Positions 39,588 to 51,639 of a stretch of 64,000 nt of DNA are shown in pieces. Within the stretch, counting starts at the first letter, position 1; each line of letters starts with the position of its first letter. The translations under genes were made by a program, and so were the position numbers. Source of the DNA: Pseudomonadota bacterium (GTDB lineage Bacteria; Pseudomonadota; Gammaproteobacteria; Xanthomonadales; Xanthomonadaceae); contig JAEWJB010000178.1 of the NCBI GenBank assembly GCA_023386795.1, positions 1,269-65,268 on the forward strand, written 5' to 3'. Below the pieces are notes generated by a model. It ran no database searches, had not been told where the DNA came from, and saw nothing but the letters and a program-made list of their open reading frames with translations.

Positions 39588-39956
39588 TCAGGTATCGTCC
39601 GCGCGGAACGCATCGCGCAGCCAGCGCAAGCGCGGCGGCTCGCCCTCGGCCTCGACCACGTCGAACCGGCACGGCTGCTGCGCCCATTGCGGATGCATCG
39701 CTAGGAACAGCTGCGCGGCCATCACCAGCTTGCGGCGCTTGCGCAGGTCGATGGAGGCCGCGCCGCCACCAAACGTCGCGTCGCGGCGGTAGCGCACTTC
39801 GACGAACACCAGCGTGTCGCCGTCGCGCATCACCAGATCCAGTTCGCCCCGGCGATAACGCGCGTTGGTCGCGATATCCGACAGCCCGGCGGCGAGCAGG
39901 TGCACGCGCGCCGCCGCCTCGACCGTCGCTCCGCGGGTGCGCCGGTCGATCTTCAA
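39588..39956 (-). CDS. yraN: YraN-family (UPF0102) endonuclease-like protein
   Basis: 122 aa, with [21 protein letters not shown]...[13 protein letters not shown]...CRFDVV. It lies immediately downstream of lpoA, as in enterobacterial lpoA-yraN. Confidence 0.85.
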   Translation of the reverse strand: MKIDRRTRGATVEAAARVHLLAAGLSDIATNARYRRGELDLVMRDGDTLVFVEVRYRRDATFGGGAASIDLRKRRKLVMAAQLFLAMHPQWAQQPCRFDVVEAEGEPPRLRWLRDAFRADDT

Positions 39957-39960
39957 GGGA

Positions 39961-41685
39961 TCAGCGCGAGCCGATGATCGCGTTCGGGCGGCCGCCGCTG
40001 AAGGTGGACCACGCAGGCGTGCGCAGGATGTTGCCGAAGCCGTCCAGGTGCAGCGTGCCGGTGGCGCCGCGCAGGCCGCCTTCGCTGCCGGCGGCCAGCG
40101 GCTCCAGGTAGGCGGTGATCAGCCAGGCGTCGTAGCCGAAGGCGAACAGGCGCGCGGCCGGGCCACGCGCGGTCGGCAGCGTGGCCGCCACGCTGGACGC
40201 GCTCGGCAGGCCGGTGACGCCGCTGCTGGTCCAGCGCTCGCCCGGGAAGGCGATGCCGTCCAGCGCCATGTCTTCTTCGGGTTTGCCGGTGCCCAGCACC
40301 AGTTGCGAGCTGCCCACGCGCGGCTTGCCGGCCAGGCCGGAGAGCGCCAGCTGGGGCGCCAGCGCGCGCGCGGTCGGCCCGCGCACGGCGAGGAACACCG
40401 AATCGGCGGCGGCGTAGTTGCGCAGCTGCGCGGAGACATCGCCCGGTGCTTCGGCCACGCTGATGCTGCCGGCGACCTGGCCGCCGCGCAGGGCCATGCG
40501 CTCGCGGAACGCGGCCGCCGCGCGGCGGCCGTTGTCGTCGCTGCTGGCCACCACCAGCGCGTTGCGCTGACCGTGGGCGAGCAGGTATTCGGCGGCCATG
40601 ATGCCGTCGTCCTCCGGCGCCAGCGAGAAGCCGGCGCTGCCGGCCGGCGGCTCGTGCGCGTCGGCGGGCCGGTTCAGCGCCAGCACCGGCACGCTGAGCT
40701 GGCGCGCGAACAGCGCGCTCACCTCGTCGCGGCCCAGCGGGCCGATCACGTAATCGGCGCCGGCGGCCACGGCGCGGTCGTAGGCGGCATTGGCGCCGCC
40801 CGGCGTGCCGGCGGTGTCGAGGAACTGGATGTCCGGGCGGCGGCGCGATTCGGCGTAGTAGGCCGCAAGCAGGCCATCGCGCACGGGGGCGGCGGCGGTG
40901 GCGAGGTTGCCGGTGAGCGGCAGCAGCACGGCCAGCTTGATCGGCGGGCGGTAGCCGTCGCGGTCGGCGGCGGGGCGCTTGCTGATATCGAAGCTGCTCG
41001 GCGCGCGGTCGAACGGGCGCGGCAGCGGCAGGCCGCGGTTGAGCAGCGCGCGGCCGGCGAAGTTGTACAGCGGGTCGCCGGCAGGCAACGCGGTGGCGCG
41101 CGCGCGCAGGGTGTTGTCATCGAGCGCGGCGAGCAGGCGCATGATCTCGCGCTGGTTGTCGCTGCGCGCGGTGCCGGTCAGGCCGGCATCGGCGCGACTG
41201 CGCGCCTCGGCCGCTTCCACCGGCTTGCCGGTGGCTTCCAGCGCCTTGCCGCGCGCCAGGAACCAGCGCGCCTGGTAGGCCGGCGACAGCCCCGGCGCGG
41301 ATTCGCCCAGGTTCTGCAACGCCTGCGCGGGCTGGTTGTCGGCCAGCGCGAACTCGCCGGTGAGCAGCTGGTAGCGCGCCTTTTCCTCGCCGCCGAGCTG
41401 GCGCGCGGTGACCTGCGCCAGCAGGCTGCGCGCGCGGGTGGCATCGCCGGCTTCGTTCCAGGCGAACGCCGCATCGGCCAGCAGGCGGCTGCGCTGCGCG
41501 CCGCTGGCGGCGAAAGCCTGTGCCTCCAACTGCTGCGCCGCTTCGCGCGGCTTGCCCTGTTCGAGCAGCGCGAACGACGCCGCCTGCGCGGGCGAAGCCT
41601 GCGGGGCGAGGCTGCTGGTGGCGCAGCCGGCGCATAGCGCCAGCAGCAGGGACAGGGCGGAAATCCGGGCGAAGCGGTTGTTCAT
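39961..41685 (-). CDS. lpoA: Penicillin-binding protein activator LpoA (lipoprotein)
   Basis: The lipobox is [21 protein letters not shown]. It has an N-terminal TPR-like region and a C-terminal periplasmic-binding-protein-like domain. It is divergent from rsmI, as in many gammaproteobacteria. Confidence 0.85.
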   Translation of the reverse strand: MNNRFARISALSLLLALCAGCATSSLAPQASPAQAASFALLEQGKPREAAQQLEAQAFAASGAQRSRLLADAAFAWNEAGDATRARSLLAQVTARQLGGEEKARYQLLTGEFALADNQPAQALQNLGESAPGLSPAYQARWFLARGKALEATGKPVEAAEARSRADAGLTGTARSDNQREIMRLLAALDDNTLRARATALPAGDPLYNFAGRALLNRGLPLPRPFDRAPSSFDISKRPAADRDGYRPPIKLAVLLPLTGNLATAAAPVRDGLLAAYYAESRRRPDIQFLDTAGTPGGANAAYDRAVAAGADYVIGPLGRDEVSALFARQLSVPVLALNRPADAHEPPAGSAGFSLAPEDDGIMAAEYLLAHGQRNALVVASSDDNGRRAAAAFRERMALRGGQVAGSISVAEAPGDVSAQLRNYAAADSVFLAVRGPTARALAPQLALSGLAGKPRVGSSQLVLGTGKPEEDMALDGIAFPGERWTSSGVTGLPSASSVAATLPTARGPAARLFAFGYDAWLITAYLEPLAAGSEGGLRGATGTLHLDGFGNILRTPAWSTFSGGRPNAIIGSR

Positions 41686-41767
41686 TTCGGTTCCAGTCGA
41701 CAGGGCGGACGGAGGCGTGCCGGCGAAAAACGCTACGATTCTAACCTTGAGCCTGGAAAAACCGCCG

Positions 41768-42595
41768 ATGACTTCCGCAGGAACCCTTCACGTCGTGGCC
41801 ACGCCGATCGGCAACCTTGGCGACCTGACCCCGCGTGCGCAGGACACCTTGCGCAACGTGGCGGCGATCTGCGCCGAGGACACCCGCCGCACCGGCCAGC
41901 TGCTGGCCCACTTCGGCATCGACAAGCCCCTGGTGGCGCTGCACGACCACAACGAAGAGGCGCTGTCGCAGCGCATCGTGGCGCGGCTACAGGGCGGCGA
42001 TTCGCTGGCGCTGGTCAGCGATGCCGGAACCCCGCTGGTGAGCGACCCGGGTTTCCGCGTGGTGCGCGCCGCGCGCGCGGCGGGCTTGAAGGTGAGCCCG
42101 GTGCCGGGGGCGTGCGCGGCGATCGCCGCGCTCAGCGTGGCCGGCCTGCCGAGCGATCGCTTCGTGTTCGAGGGCTTCCTGCCGGCCAAGGCCGGCGCAC
42201 GCCGCGAACGCCTGGCCCGGCTGGCCGGCGAGGCGCGCACGCTGGTGTTCTACGAGTCATCGCATCGCATCGACGAATCGCTGGCCGACATGGCCGCCGC
42301 GTTCGGCGCGACGCGCCCGGCGGTGGTCGCGCGCGAGCTCACCAAATTGTTCGAGACGGTGCTCGACGGCACCCTGGCCGACCTGCTCGCGCAGGTCGAG
42401 GCGGACGACAACCAGCGCAAGGGCGAGTTCGTGGTGATGGTGCAAGGGGCTGGCGAGGATGCCGAGGCCGAGGCGAAGCTGGCCGAGGGCCGGCGCCTGT
42501 ATGCCAAGCTGGGCGAACACTTGCCGCCGTCCACGGCGGCCAAGCTGGCGGCCGAACTGAGCGGCGCGCCGCGCAAGGCGCTCTACGGCAGTTGA
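41768..42595 (+). CDS. rsmI: 16S rRNA (cytidine1402-2'-O)-methyltransferase
   Basis: The start is ATG 41768. The sequence is MTSAGTLHVVATPIGNLGDLTPRAQDTLRNVAAICAEDTRRTGQLL...FYESSHRI. Confidence 0.93.
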   Translation: MTSAGTLHVVATPIGNLGDLTPRAQDTLRNVAAICAEDTRRTGQLLAHFGIDKPLVALHDHNEEALSQRIVARLQGGDSLALVSDAGTPLVSDPGFRVVRAARAAGLKVSPVPGACAAIAALSVAGLPSDRFVFEGFLPAKAGARRERLARLAGEARTLVFYESSHRIDESLADMAAAFGATRPAVVARELTKLFETVLDGTLADLLAQVEADDNQRKGEFVVMVQGAGEDAEAEAKLAEGRRLYAKLGEHLPPSTAAKLAAELSGAPRKALYGS

Positions 42596-42602
42596 GGGAA
42601 GA

Positions 42603-42960
42603 AGGGGCGGAGCCGGCCTGTAAGCCGGGTTCTGTCGTGGACAGTCATTCTTCTAGGCGCCGCGTCGCCGCGGCGCTCAAGCAACCTACCCGGACCCGAC
42701 GCGGGCCGCGCCATGAGGTCCCTATTTGGTCTTGCTCCAGGTGGGGTTTGCCGTGCCGGTCCGTTACCGGACTCGCGGTGCGCTCTTACCGCACCATTTC
42801 ACCCTTACCGGCTCTCCGAAGAGAACGTAGGCGGTATCTTTCTGTTGCACTTTCCGTCGGCTCGCGCCGCCCAGGCGTTACCTGGCACCTTGCCCTGTGG
42901 AGCCCGGACTTTCCTCGGCATCCTTTCGGATGACGCGACTGCCTGGCCGACTCCGCCGCG
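42603..42960 (-). ncRNA. rnpB: RNase P RNA, bacterial type A (ends approximate, +/-10 nt)
   Basis: The minus strand reads GGCGGAGTCGGCC...GAGGAAAGTCCGGGCTCCACAGGGCAAGGTGCCAGGTAACGCCTGGG...ACAGAACCCGGCTTACAGGCCGGCTCCGCC. P1 pairs 42945-42957 with 42606-42618. A TACAAT -10-like hexamer on the minus strand lies at 42964-42969. Confidence 0.93.
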
Positions 42961-42994
42961 CGCATTGTAGCCGACGCGCCTCGCAGGCGGGCTT

Positions 42995-43750
42995 CTAGAG
43001 GTCCAGCCGGGTCTGTCCCAGGAACAGGCCATCGGGGCCGAAACGGCGCTCGTGGATCCAACCGCCGCCCTCGTGGTCGACCATCAGGATGGTGCTGGCG
43101 CGCGTGCCGTATTCGCGGCCGCGGATGAAGGCGGCCGAAAGACGACGCTCCAGTTCCAGCCCCACGCCGGTGTCCGGCAGCTCGGCGTCTGGCGCGGTGC
43201 GTTCGTCGGCCAATGCGGCCCACAGCGGGTCGAGCGATTCGTCCACGCCGCCGATCCACTCGCCGAGCACTTGCGTAAGCCGGCGCGTCTTCGGCCACGG
43301 CGCGTCCAGCGCCCCGTTGGACATGCCATGCACGCCCGGTTCGAGTCCGCGCGCGCCGGCGGGGTGGTTGCCGAGGTAGCGGCAGGCCTGGCCATCGGCC
43401 AGCAACAGGTTGAACGGCGGGTAGTCGGCGGCGCTCGCGGCCAGGTCCAGCGCGAAGGCCGTGGCGTCCTGCGCGCCGGCAAGGTAGTTGGCGATCAGGT
43501 GGCCGCGCGAAGGCCCGGAGGTGGTCGCCATCGGGTCGCGCACGTTGGTGACCACCGCCGCCCGCCCGCCTGGGCCCAGGCCCACCCAGCTGCCGCCGGA
43601 GCGCAGATCGCGCCCGGCCATCACCCCGGCTTGCGGCGGTGGCCAGTGCGAGAGCGCGGCGGTGGGGCGCTCATGGAATTCGTCGCGGTTGCCCGCCAGC
43701 ACCAGGCGCCAGCGGGGGTGGGTTTTCCAAGCGATGGCGACTAGGCACAT
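42995..43750 (-). CDS. NRDE-family protein (DUF833)
   Basis: 251 aa, beginning MCLVAIAWKTHPRWRLVLAGNRDEFHERPT, the family's hallmark N-terminal Cys plus NRDE motif. Confidence 0.85.
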   Translation of the reverse strand: MCLVAIAWKTHPRWRLVLAGNRDEFHERPTAALSHWPPPQAGVMAGRDLRSGGSWVGLGPGGRAAVVTNVRDPMATTSGPSRGHLIANYLAGAQDATAFALDLAASAADYPPFNLLLADGQACRYLGNHPAGARGLEPGVHGMSNGALDAPWPKTRRLTQVLGEWIGGVDESLDPLWAALADERTAPDAELPDTGVGLELERRLSAAFIRGREYGTRASTILMVDHEGGGWIHERRFGPDGLFLGQTRLDL

Positions 43751-43956
43751 GTGCCGGATTGTGGCCGGTTTGCGCAGTCGGCCGCCATTGGCGGGCCGGG
43801 CAACGGCGCGGTCTTAACACCCTCTACACGGGGCTGAATTTCGGTTCAATCTCAAAATCTGAGACGAAACAGCAACTTGTGGATAAGCCTTGAACAAGTC
43901 TCTAAACATTGCTGCAAGCCATTGATCCCTCACGTGATTTGCCGGTCGGAAAGTTG

Positions 43957-43984
43957 TTGACAACCCTTTGCGCGCTGCTAAGGT
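43957..43984 (+). promoter_or_regulatory. Candidate dcw/mraZ promoter (TTGACA-16 nt-TAAGGT)
   Basis: A perfect -35 TTGACA sits at 43957-43962 and TAAGGT at 43979-43984, about 80 nt upstream of the mraZ GTG, in an unusually AT-rich spacer. Confidence 0.55.
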
Positions 43985-44027
43985 GGGCAACGGAGGGAAA
44001 ACCGGGGTTTTTGTGGTTTTTCGTGGT
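43983..44027 (+). promoter_or_regulatory. Array of five 10-bp-phased GTGG-type pentamers; candidate MraZ operator
   Basis: The array reads GTGGG-caacg-GAGGG-aaaac-CGGGG-ttttt-GTGGT-ttttc-GTGGT, with pentamers starting at 43983, 43993, 44003, 44013 and 44023. A further in-phase GTGGG sits at 44043. Confidence 0.6.
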
Positions 44028-44065
44028 TCAATAACCGCCCGAGTGGGTGCCGAGGGTTTTTCAGC

Positions 44066-44512
44066 GTGTTTCAAGGCGAGACGGCCATCACAGTCGACGA
44101 CAAGGGGCGCTTGGCGGTTCCCACCGCCTACCGCGACCTCGTCGCGCGTGACAGCGCCAACCGCCTGGTGCTGACCTACAACCCGTTCGAGGCCGGCTGC
44201 CTGTGGCTGTACGCGGAGAAGGAGTGGCAGCGGGTGCGCGACGACGTGATGTCCAAGCCCAACACCCTGCGCACCGTGCGCGTGCTGCAGCAGAAGCTGG
44301 TGGGTTCCTCGGCCGTGCTCGAACTGGACGGCAATGGCCGCCTGAGCATCCCGGCCAGCCACCGCAACGCGGTGGGCATCGAGAAGAAGGCCGTCCTGCT
44401 GGGCATGGGCGACAAGTTTGAACTGTGGAGCGAGCAGGCACATCGCGCGTTGATCCAGCAGACGTTGTCTGACGGGGATCTGGGCGATGGATTGCTCGAC
44501 CTCAGGTTGTGA
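44066..44512 (+). CDS. mraZ: Transcriptional regulator MraZ
   Basis: The start is [29 protein letters not shown] and the second repeat [16 protein letters not shown] are present. Confidence 0.95.
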   Translation: MFQGETAITVDDKGRLAVPTAYRDLVARDSANRLVLTYNPFEAGCLWLYAEKEWQRVRDDVMSKPNTLRTVRVLQQKLVGSSAVLELDGNGRLSIPASHRNAVGIEKKAVLLGMGDKFELWSEQAHRALIQQTLSDGDLGDGLLDLRL

Positions 44513-45492
44513 GCCGGGGTGCCCGGATGCGCCCTGACGCGCAGCCCGGTCACCTCCCGGTGTCGCAGCCGCCGGCGGCGCATCTGCCGGTGCTGTACAC
44601 GCAGGTGCTGGAAGGCCTGCAGGTGATCGAGGACGGAACGTATCTGGATGGCACGTTCGGGCGTGGAGGCCACGCGCGCGGCGTGCTGCAACGACTCGGC
44701 CCGGGAGGCCGGCTGCTGGTGATGGACAAGGACCCCGAAGCGATCGCCGTGGCCGAACAGTCGTTCGGTGGCGATGCGCGCGTGTCCATCCGTCGTGCCA
44801 GCTTCGCCACGCTGGGCCAGTGGGACCAGGCGCAGGCGCTGGACGGCGTGCTGCTCGATCTCGGGGTGTCCTCTCCGCAGCTGGACGTGGCCGAGCGCGG
44901 CTTCTCGTTCGGCAAGGACGGCCCGCTGGACATGCGCATGGACCCGGATGCCGGCCAGAGCGCCGCGCAGTGGCTGGCCAGCGCGGAGGAGCGCGAGATC
45001 GCCGACGTGCTGTGGACCTATGGCGAAGAGCGCCAGAGCCGCCGCATCGCGCGCGCCATCGTGCAGCGCCGTGCCGAGCAGCCGCTGCTGCGCACCGCGC
45101 AGCTGGCCGACCTGATCGCCTCGGTGATGCCGCGCGGCAAGGACAAGATCCACCCGGCCACGCGCAGCTTCCAGGCCATCCGCATCCACATCAACCGCGA
45201 GCTGGCCGACCTGGAAGCCGGCCTGGATGCGGCGCTGGCCCGGCTCAAGCCCGGTGGCCGGCTGGCGGTGATCAGCTTCCATTCGCTGGAAGACCGCATC
45301 GTCAAGCAGTTCATCAACCGCCACGCCAAGGCACCGCCGGCCAACCGCCGCCTGCCCGAGGCGCAGGCGTTCACGCCGACGCTGCTGGCCATCGGCGGGG
45401 CGATCCGCGCCGAGGACGACGAACTGGCCGCCAACCCGCGCGCCCGCAGCGCCGTGTTGCGCGTGGCCGAGAAGCTGGCGGTGAGCGCATGA
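44509..45492 (+). CDS. rsmH: 16S rRNA (cytosine1402-N4)-methyltransferase RsmH
   Basis: [10 protein letters not shown]...[16 protein letters not shown]...[12 protein letters not shown]...[12 protein letters not shown] are present. GTG 44509 overlaps the mraZ stop, and ATG 44527 is an equally plausible start. Confidence 0.93.
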   Translation: MSRGARMRPDAQPGHLPVSQPPAAHLPVLYTQVLEGLQVIEDGTYLDGTFGRGGHARGVLQRLGPGGRLLVMDKDPEAIAVAEQSFGGDARVSIRRASFATLGQWDQAQALDGVLLDLGVSSPQLDVAERGFSFGKDGPLDMRMDPDAGQSAAQWLASAEEREIADVLWTYGEERQSRRIARAIVQRRAEQPLLRTAQLADLIASVMPRGKDKIHPATRSFQAIRIHINRELADLEAGLDAALARLKPGGRLAVISFHSLEDRIVKQFINRHAKAPPANRRLPEAQAFTPTLLAIGGAIRAEDDELAANPRARSAVLRVAEKLAVSA

Positions 45493-45752
45493 GTCGCCTG
45501 CTGCTCATCGTGCTGCTGGCCTGCACCGTGGCCTCGGGCATCGGCGTGGTCTACATGCGCCACATGCACCGCAAGCTGTTCGTGGAGCTGACCCGCCTGC
45601 AGAAGACCCGCGACGACCTGGACATCGAGTTCGGCCGCTTGCAGCTGGAACAGGCCACCTGGGCCGAGAGCAACCGCGTGGACCAGATCGCGCGCGAGCG
45701 CCTGGGCATGAAGTTCCCGGAAACCGCCGACATCGTGGTGGTGCGGCCATGA
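45489..45752 (+). CDS. ftsL: Cell division protein FtsL
   Basis: 87 aa. ATG 45489 overlaps the rsmH stop. It has a single TM segment ([19 protein letters not shown]) plus a coiled coil ([25 protein letters not shown]). Confidence 0.85.
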   Translation: MSRLLLIVLLACTVASGIGVVYMRHMHRKLFVELTRLQKTRDDLDIEFGRLQLEQATWAESNRVDQIARERLGMKFPETADIVVVRP

Positions 45753-45810
45753 AAAAACGTCAGGACGGACGTTTTTCACAGCGAAGCCGCCCGAAGGGTG
45801 GCGCCCAGGG

Positions 45811-47685
45811 ATGTGCGCCATGAAGCCGACCCGTTCGCGCATGCGCACCAGCTTCAACCTGCGTGGCCGCCTGATGCTGGTCGGTACCACGCTGGCGCTG
45901 TGCTCGGTCACGCTGATCGGCCGCGCCGCCTACGTGCAGCTGATCAACAGCGATTTCTACCAGCGCCAGGGCGAGGCGCGTTACCTGCGCGAGCTCCCCA
46001 TCGCCGTCTCGCGCGGCATGATCACCGACCGCAACGGCGAGCCGCTGGCGGTGTCCACGCCGGTGGAATCGATCTGGGTCAACCCGCAGGAGCTGCTGCG
46101 CAACCCGGACCGCATCCCGGAGCTGGCCAAGGCCTTGCAGATGCCGCAGGACGAGCTGAGCTCGCGCCTGTCGCAGAAGGCGGACAAGGAATTCATGTAC
46201 CTCAAGCGCCGGATCAATCCCGACCGCGCGCACGAGATCGTCGCGCTGAAGATCCCCGGCGTGTTTTCCCAGCGCGAGTTCCGCCGCTTCTACCCGCAGG
46301 GCGAAGCGATGGCCCACGTGTTGGGGTTCACCAACATCGACGACCGCGGCCAGGAAGGCCTGGAACTGGCATTCGACCAGTGGCTGCGCGGCAAGCCGGG
46401 CAGCAAGCGCGTGGTGCGCGATGCGCGCGGCGCGATCGTGGAAAGCGTGGACCTGGTCAAGCCGGCCGAGCCGGGCCAGGACCTGACGCTGAGCATCGAC
46501 CGCCGCATCCAGTTCCTGGCCTACAAGGAGCTGCGCAACGCGCTGGTGGAGAACAAGGCTGCCGGCGGGTCGATCGTGGTGATGGACGTGGCCACCGGCG
46601 AAGTACTGGCCATGGTCAACCTGCCGACCTACAACCCCAACGCGGTGACCGGCATCAACCCGGCGGCGCGCCGCAACCGCGCGGTGACCGACCTGGTCGA
46701 GCCGGGCTCGACGATGAAGCCGCTGACCATCGCCACCGCGCTGCAGGCCGGCGTGGTCACGCCGAACACCACCATCGATACCAATCCCGGCTACATGGCC
46801 GTGGGCCGCTTCACCATCAAGGACGTGCCGCGCAACAACGGCGTGCTCAACGTCACCGGCGTGATCACCCGCAGCTCGAACATCGGTGCGGCCAAGATCG
46901 CCGCCAAGCTGCCGGACGAGACCTTCTACCAGACGGTGCACAACTTCGGTTACGGCAGTGCCCCGCACAGCGGCTTCCCGGGCGAGGCGGCGGGCCTGTT
47001 GCCGTCGCCGGCGCGCTGGAGCGGCTCGTCCAAGACCACCATGTCCTACGGCTATGGTCTGAATGTCACGCCGTTGCAGATCGCCCAGGCGTATTCGGCG
47101 CTGGGCAATGGCGGCAAGCTGATCCCGCCGACCTTCGTGAAGGGCCAGCGCAACGAATCGCGCCAGGTCGTCAGTCCGGAAGTGGCGCATACCGTCATTG
47201 GCATGATGGAAACGGTGGTCACCCAGGGCGGCGCGAAGGATGCGGCGATCCTCGGCTACCACGTCGCCGGCAAGACCGGCACGGCGCGCAAGAACGGGCC
47301 CAACGGCTACGAGCGCGGCCATTACAACGCGTTGTTCGCCGGCCTGGTGCCGGCGACGCGCCCGCGCTTTGCCACGGTGATCGTCATCAACGACCCGCAG
47401 GCCGGCAAGTACTACGGTGGCCTGGTCTCCGCGCCGGTGTTCCACCGCGTGATGGAAGGCGCGCTGCGCCTGGCCGACGTGCCGCCGGACGATATCCAGT
47501 CCTGGCTGGCCGCGCAGGCCGCCGGCAAGTCGGGCGGCGCGCAGCCCAAGGCGGCGCCGCCCGTAGCCGCTCCGGCCATCGATACCGATGGCGACGGCAC
47601 AATGCCCACCGCGGCCGACGAAGTGGATGCCGGCATTCCCACCGCCAGCGCCACCACCGCCCCGCTGCAGGAGGCCCGCCAGTGA
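45811..47685 (+). CDS. ftsI: Peptidoglycan D,D-transpeptidase FtsI (PBP3)
   Basis: The motifs STMKP, SSN and KTGT are present, with an N-terminal TM anchor. ATG 45820 (MKPTRS...) is an alternative start with a better-placed AGGGA. Confidence 0.95.
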   Translation: MCAMKPTRSRMRTSFNLRGRLMLVGTTLALCSVTLIGRAAYVQLINSDFYQRQGEARYLRELPIAVSRGMITDRNGEPLAVSTPVESIWVNPQELLRNPDRIPELAKALQMPQDELSSRLSQKADKEFMYLKRRINPDRAHEIVALKIPGVFSQREFRRFYPQGEAMAHVLGFTNIDDRGQEGLELAFDQWLRGKPGSKRVVRDARGAIVESVDLVKPAEPGQDLTLSIDRRIQFLAYKELRNALVENKAAGGSIVVMDVATGEVLAMVNLPTYNPNAVTGINPAARRNRAVTDLVEPGSTMKPLTIATALQAGVVTPNTTIDTNPGYMAVGRFTIKDVPRNNGVLNVTGVITRSSNIGAAKIAAKLPDETFYQTVHNFGYGSAPHSGFPGEAAGLLPSPARWSGSSKTTMSYGYGLNVTPLQIAQAYSALGNGGKLIPPTFVKGQRNESRQVVSPEVAHTVIGMMETVVTQGGAKDAAILGYHVAGKTGTARKNGPNGYERGHYNALFAGLVPATRPRFATVIVINDPQAGKYYGGLVSAPVFHRVMEGALRLADVPPDDIQSWLAAQAAGKSGGAQPKAAPPVAAPAIDTDGDGTMPTAADEVDAGIPTASATTAPLQEARQ

Positions 47686-47693
47686 GCCGGCCG

Positions 47694-49156
<1,463 letters not shown>

Positions 49157-49160
<4 letters not shown>

Positions 49161-50563
49161 AGCACACCCCGCTATCGCTGATCGCGCACTGGGCCAGCGG
49201 CGAGCTGCACGGCGACGACGTGATGATCGACGCCGTCAGCAACGACACGCGCACGCTGGCCACCGGCAGCCTGTACGTCGCCTTGCGCGGCGAGCGTTTC
49301 GATGGCCACGACTTCGCCGGCGATGCGCTGATGCGCGGCGCCAGTGGCCTGCTGGTCGAGCGGCTGATGCCGGAGATCGAGCTGCCGCAGGTGCTGGTCG
49401 CCGATGCCGAACTGGCGCTGGCACGCGTGGCCGCGGGCATGCAGCGCGGCCGCAACACCAAGGTGTTCGCGATCACCGGTTCCAACGGCAAGACCAGCGT
49501 GAAGTCGCTGCTGCTGGCGATCCTGCAGCACGTGCAGATGGTCGATGGCCTGCGCGTGTACGCCACGCCGGGCAACCGCAACAACGAGATCGGCCTGCCG
49601 CTGGCGGTGATCGCCGCCCCGGACGATGCCGACTTCGCCGTCTACGAGATGGGCGCCGGCAAGCCGGGCGACATCGCCTACCTGACCGACATCGCCCGCC
49701 CCGACTACGCGCTGGTCAACAACATTGCCCCGGCGCACCTGGAACGCATGGGCAGCCTGCTGGGCGTGGCCACCACCAAGGGCGCGATCTACAGCGCGCT
49801 GCCGGGCGACGGCGTGGCGGTCATCAATGCCGATGACGCTTTCGGGCTGTGGTTCGAGCAGGCGCTGGTGCAGCCGGCCCGCACCGGCCGCCGCGTGCTG
49901 CGCTTCGGCCTGGAGGCCAGCGCCGACGTGCGCGCCGCGAAGATCCAGATGAGCCCGCAGGTGTCGACCTTCACCCTCATCGCCCCGCGGGGCGAGGTGG
50001 CGGTGAGCCTGCACCTGCCGGGCCGCCACAACATCCGCAACGCGTTGGCTGCTGCGTCCCTGGCGCTGGCCGCGGGCATCGGCCTGGACCGCATCGCCGA
50101 GGGCCTGGCGCAGGCGCGCCCGGTCGCCGGCCGCCAGATCGCCCACGTGCTGCCCGGCGGCGCGGTGCTGATCGACGACAGCTACAACGCCAACCCCGGT
50201 TCGCTGGACGCTGCCATCGATGCGCTGGCCGGTCCGGGCGAGGGTTGGCTGGTGCTGGGCGACATGCGCGAACTCGGCCCGGAAGGCGCCGCGCTGCATG
50301 CCGCCGCTGGCCGCCGCGCCCGCGACGCGAAGCTGGCGCGCCTGTATGCGCTGGGCGAGCTGAGCGCGCATGCCGCGCAGGCGTTCGGCGAACGGGGCCG
50401 CGTGTTCGCCAGCCACGCCGAACTGGCCGCCGCGCTGGAAGCGGATATCCGCAATGCAACGACGCCGCTGCGCGTGCTCGTCAAGGGCTCGCGCGGCAGC
50501 GCCATGGACAAGATCGTGACCGCGCTGCTCGCGCATGGGGAGGAAGCACCGAATGCTGCTTGA
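49157..50563 (+). CDS. murF: UDP-N-acetylmuramoyl-tripeptide--D-alanyl-D-alanine ligase
   Basis: 468 aa, with [11 protein letters not shown] and DSYNANP. The start overlaps the murE stop. Confidence 0.95.
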
Positions 50564-51638
50564 GCTGGCCCGTTGGCTACAGCAACTGGAGAGCCTGTTC
50601 GGGCTGTTCGGCTACCTGACGTTCCGCGGCATTCTGGCCGCGTTGACCGCGCTGTTCCTGTCGCTGTGGATGGGCCCGGCGGTGATCCGCAAGCTCGCCC
50701 AGTTTAAGGGCGGCCAGCCGATCCGCCAGGACGGCCCGCAGACCCACTTCTCCAAGGCCGGCACGCCGACCATGGGCGGTTCGCTGATCCTGCTCGCCGT
50801 CACCCTCTCGGTGCTGCTGTGGGGCGACCTGCGCAACCGCTACGTGTGGCTCGTGCTGGCGGTGATGGTGTGCTTCGGCGCGATCGGCTGGTACGACGAC
50901 TGGATCAAGATCGTGCGCCGCGACCCGAACGGACTGAAGTCGCGCTGGAAGTACCTGCTGCAGTCGATCTTCGGCCTGGCCGCCGGCCTGTTCCTGCTCT
51001 ACACCGCCAAGGTGCCGGCCGAGCTGACCTTCTACATCCCGATGTTCAAGGCGGTGGCGCTGCCACTGGCCGGCATCAGCTTCGTGGTGATCGCCTATTT
51101 CTGGATCGTGGGCTTCTCCAACGCGGTGAACCTCACCGACGGCCTGGACGGCCTGGCGATCATGCCGACCGTGCTGGTGGCCTGCGCGCTGGGCGTGTTC
51201 GCCTATGCCTCGGGCAACGTGGTGTTCTCCGAATATCTGAAAATCCCGTCGATTCCCGGCGCGGGCGAACTGGTGATCATCTGCGCGGCCATCGCCGGCG
51301 CCGGCCTGGGCTTTTTGTGGTTCAACACCTACCCGGCGATGGTGTTCATGGGCGACATCGGCGCCCTGGCGCTGGGCGCGGTGCTGGGCACCATCGCGGT
51401 GATCGTGCGCCAGGAACTGGTGCTGGTGGTGATGGGCGGCGTGTTCGTCATCGAGACGCTCTCGGTGATGATCCAGGTTGCCAGCTTCAAGCTCACCGGC
51501 AAGCGCGTGTTCCGCATGGCGCCGATCCACCACCACTTCGAGCTCAAGGGCTGGCCGGAGCCGCGCGTGATCGTGCGCTTCTGGATCATCTCCGTCGTGC
51601 TCGTGCTGATCGGCCTGGCCACGTTGAAGGTGCGCTGA
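50553..51638 (+). CDS. mraY: Phospho-N-acetylmuramoyl-pentapeptide transferase
   Basis: The start is ATG 50553. [51 protein letters not shown] and PIHHHFE are present. Confidence 0.97.
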   Translation: MLLELARWLQQLESLFGLFGYLTFRGILAALTALFLSLWMGPAVIRKLAQFKGGQPIRQDGPQTHFSKAGTPTMGGSLILLAVTLSVLLWGDLRNRYVWLVLAVMVCFGAIGWYDDWIKIVRRDPNGLKSRWKYLLQSIFGLAAGLFLLYTAKVPAELTFYIPMFKAVALPLAGISFVVIAYFWIVGFSNAVNLTDGLDGLAIMPTVLVACALGVFAYASGNVVFSEYLKIPSIPGAGELVIICAAIAGAGLGFLWFNTYPAMVFMGDIGALALGAVLGTIAVIVRQELVLVVMGGVFVIETLSVMIQVASFKLTGKRVFRMAPIHHHFELKGWPEPRVIVRFWIISVVLVLIGLATLKVR

Positions 51639-51639
51639 G

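Noticed and set aside
43744-43755. A perfect 12-bp palindrome, GGCACATGTGCC, centred on the start codon of the NRDE-family gene.
   Set aside because: It is a single short palindrome with no second copy, and it can be explained by chance plus the CAT/ATG at its centre. No known operator was recognised.
44052-44056. GAGGG as a further MraZ box.
   Set aside because: It is one nucleotide out of the 10-bp phase, and it sits 9 nt before the mraZ GTG. It is more simply the Shine-Dalgarno sequence.
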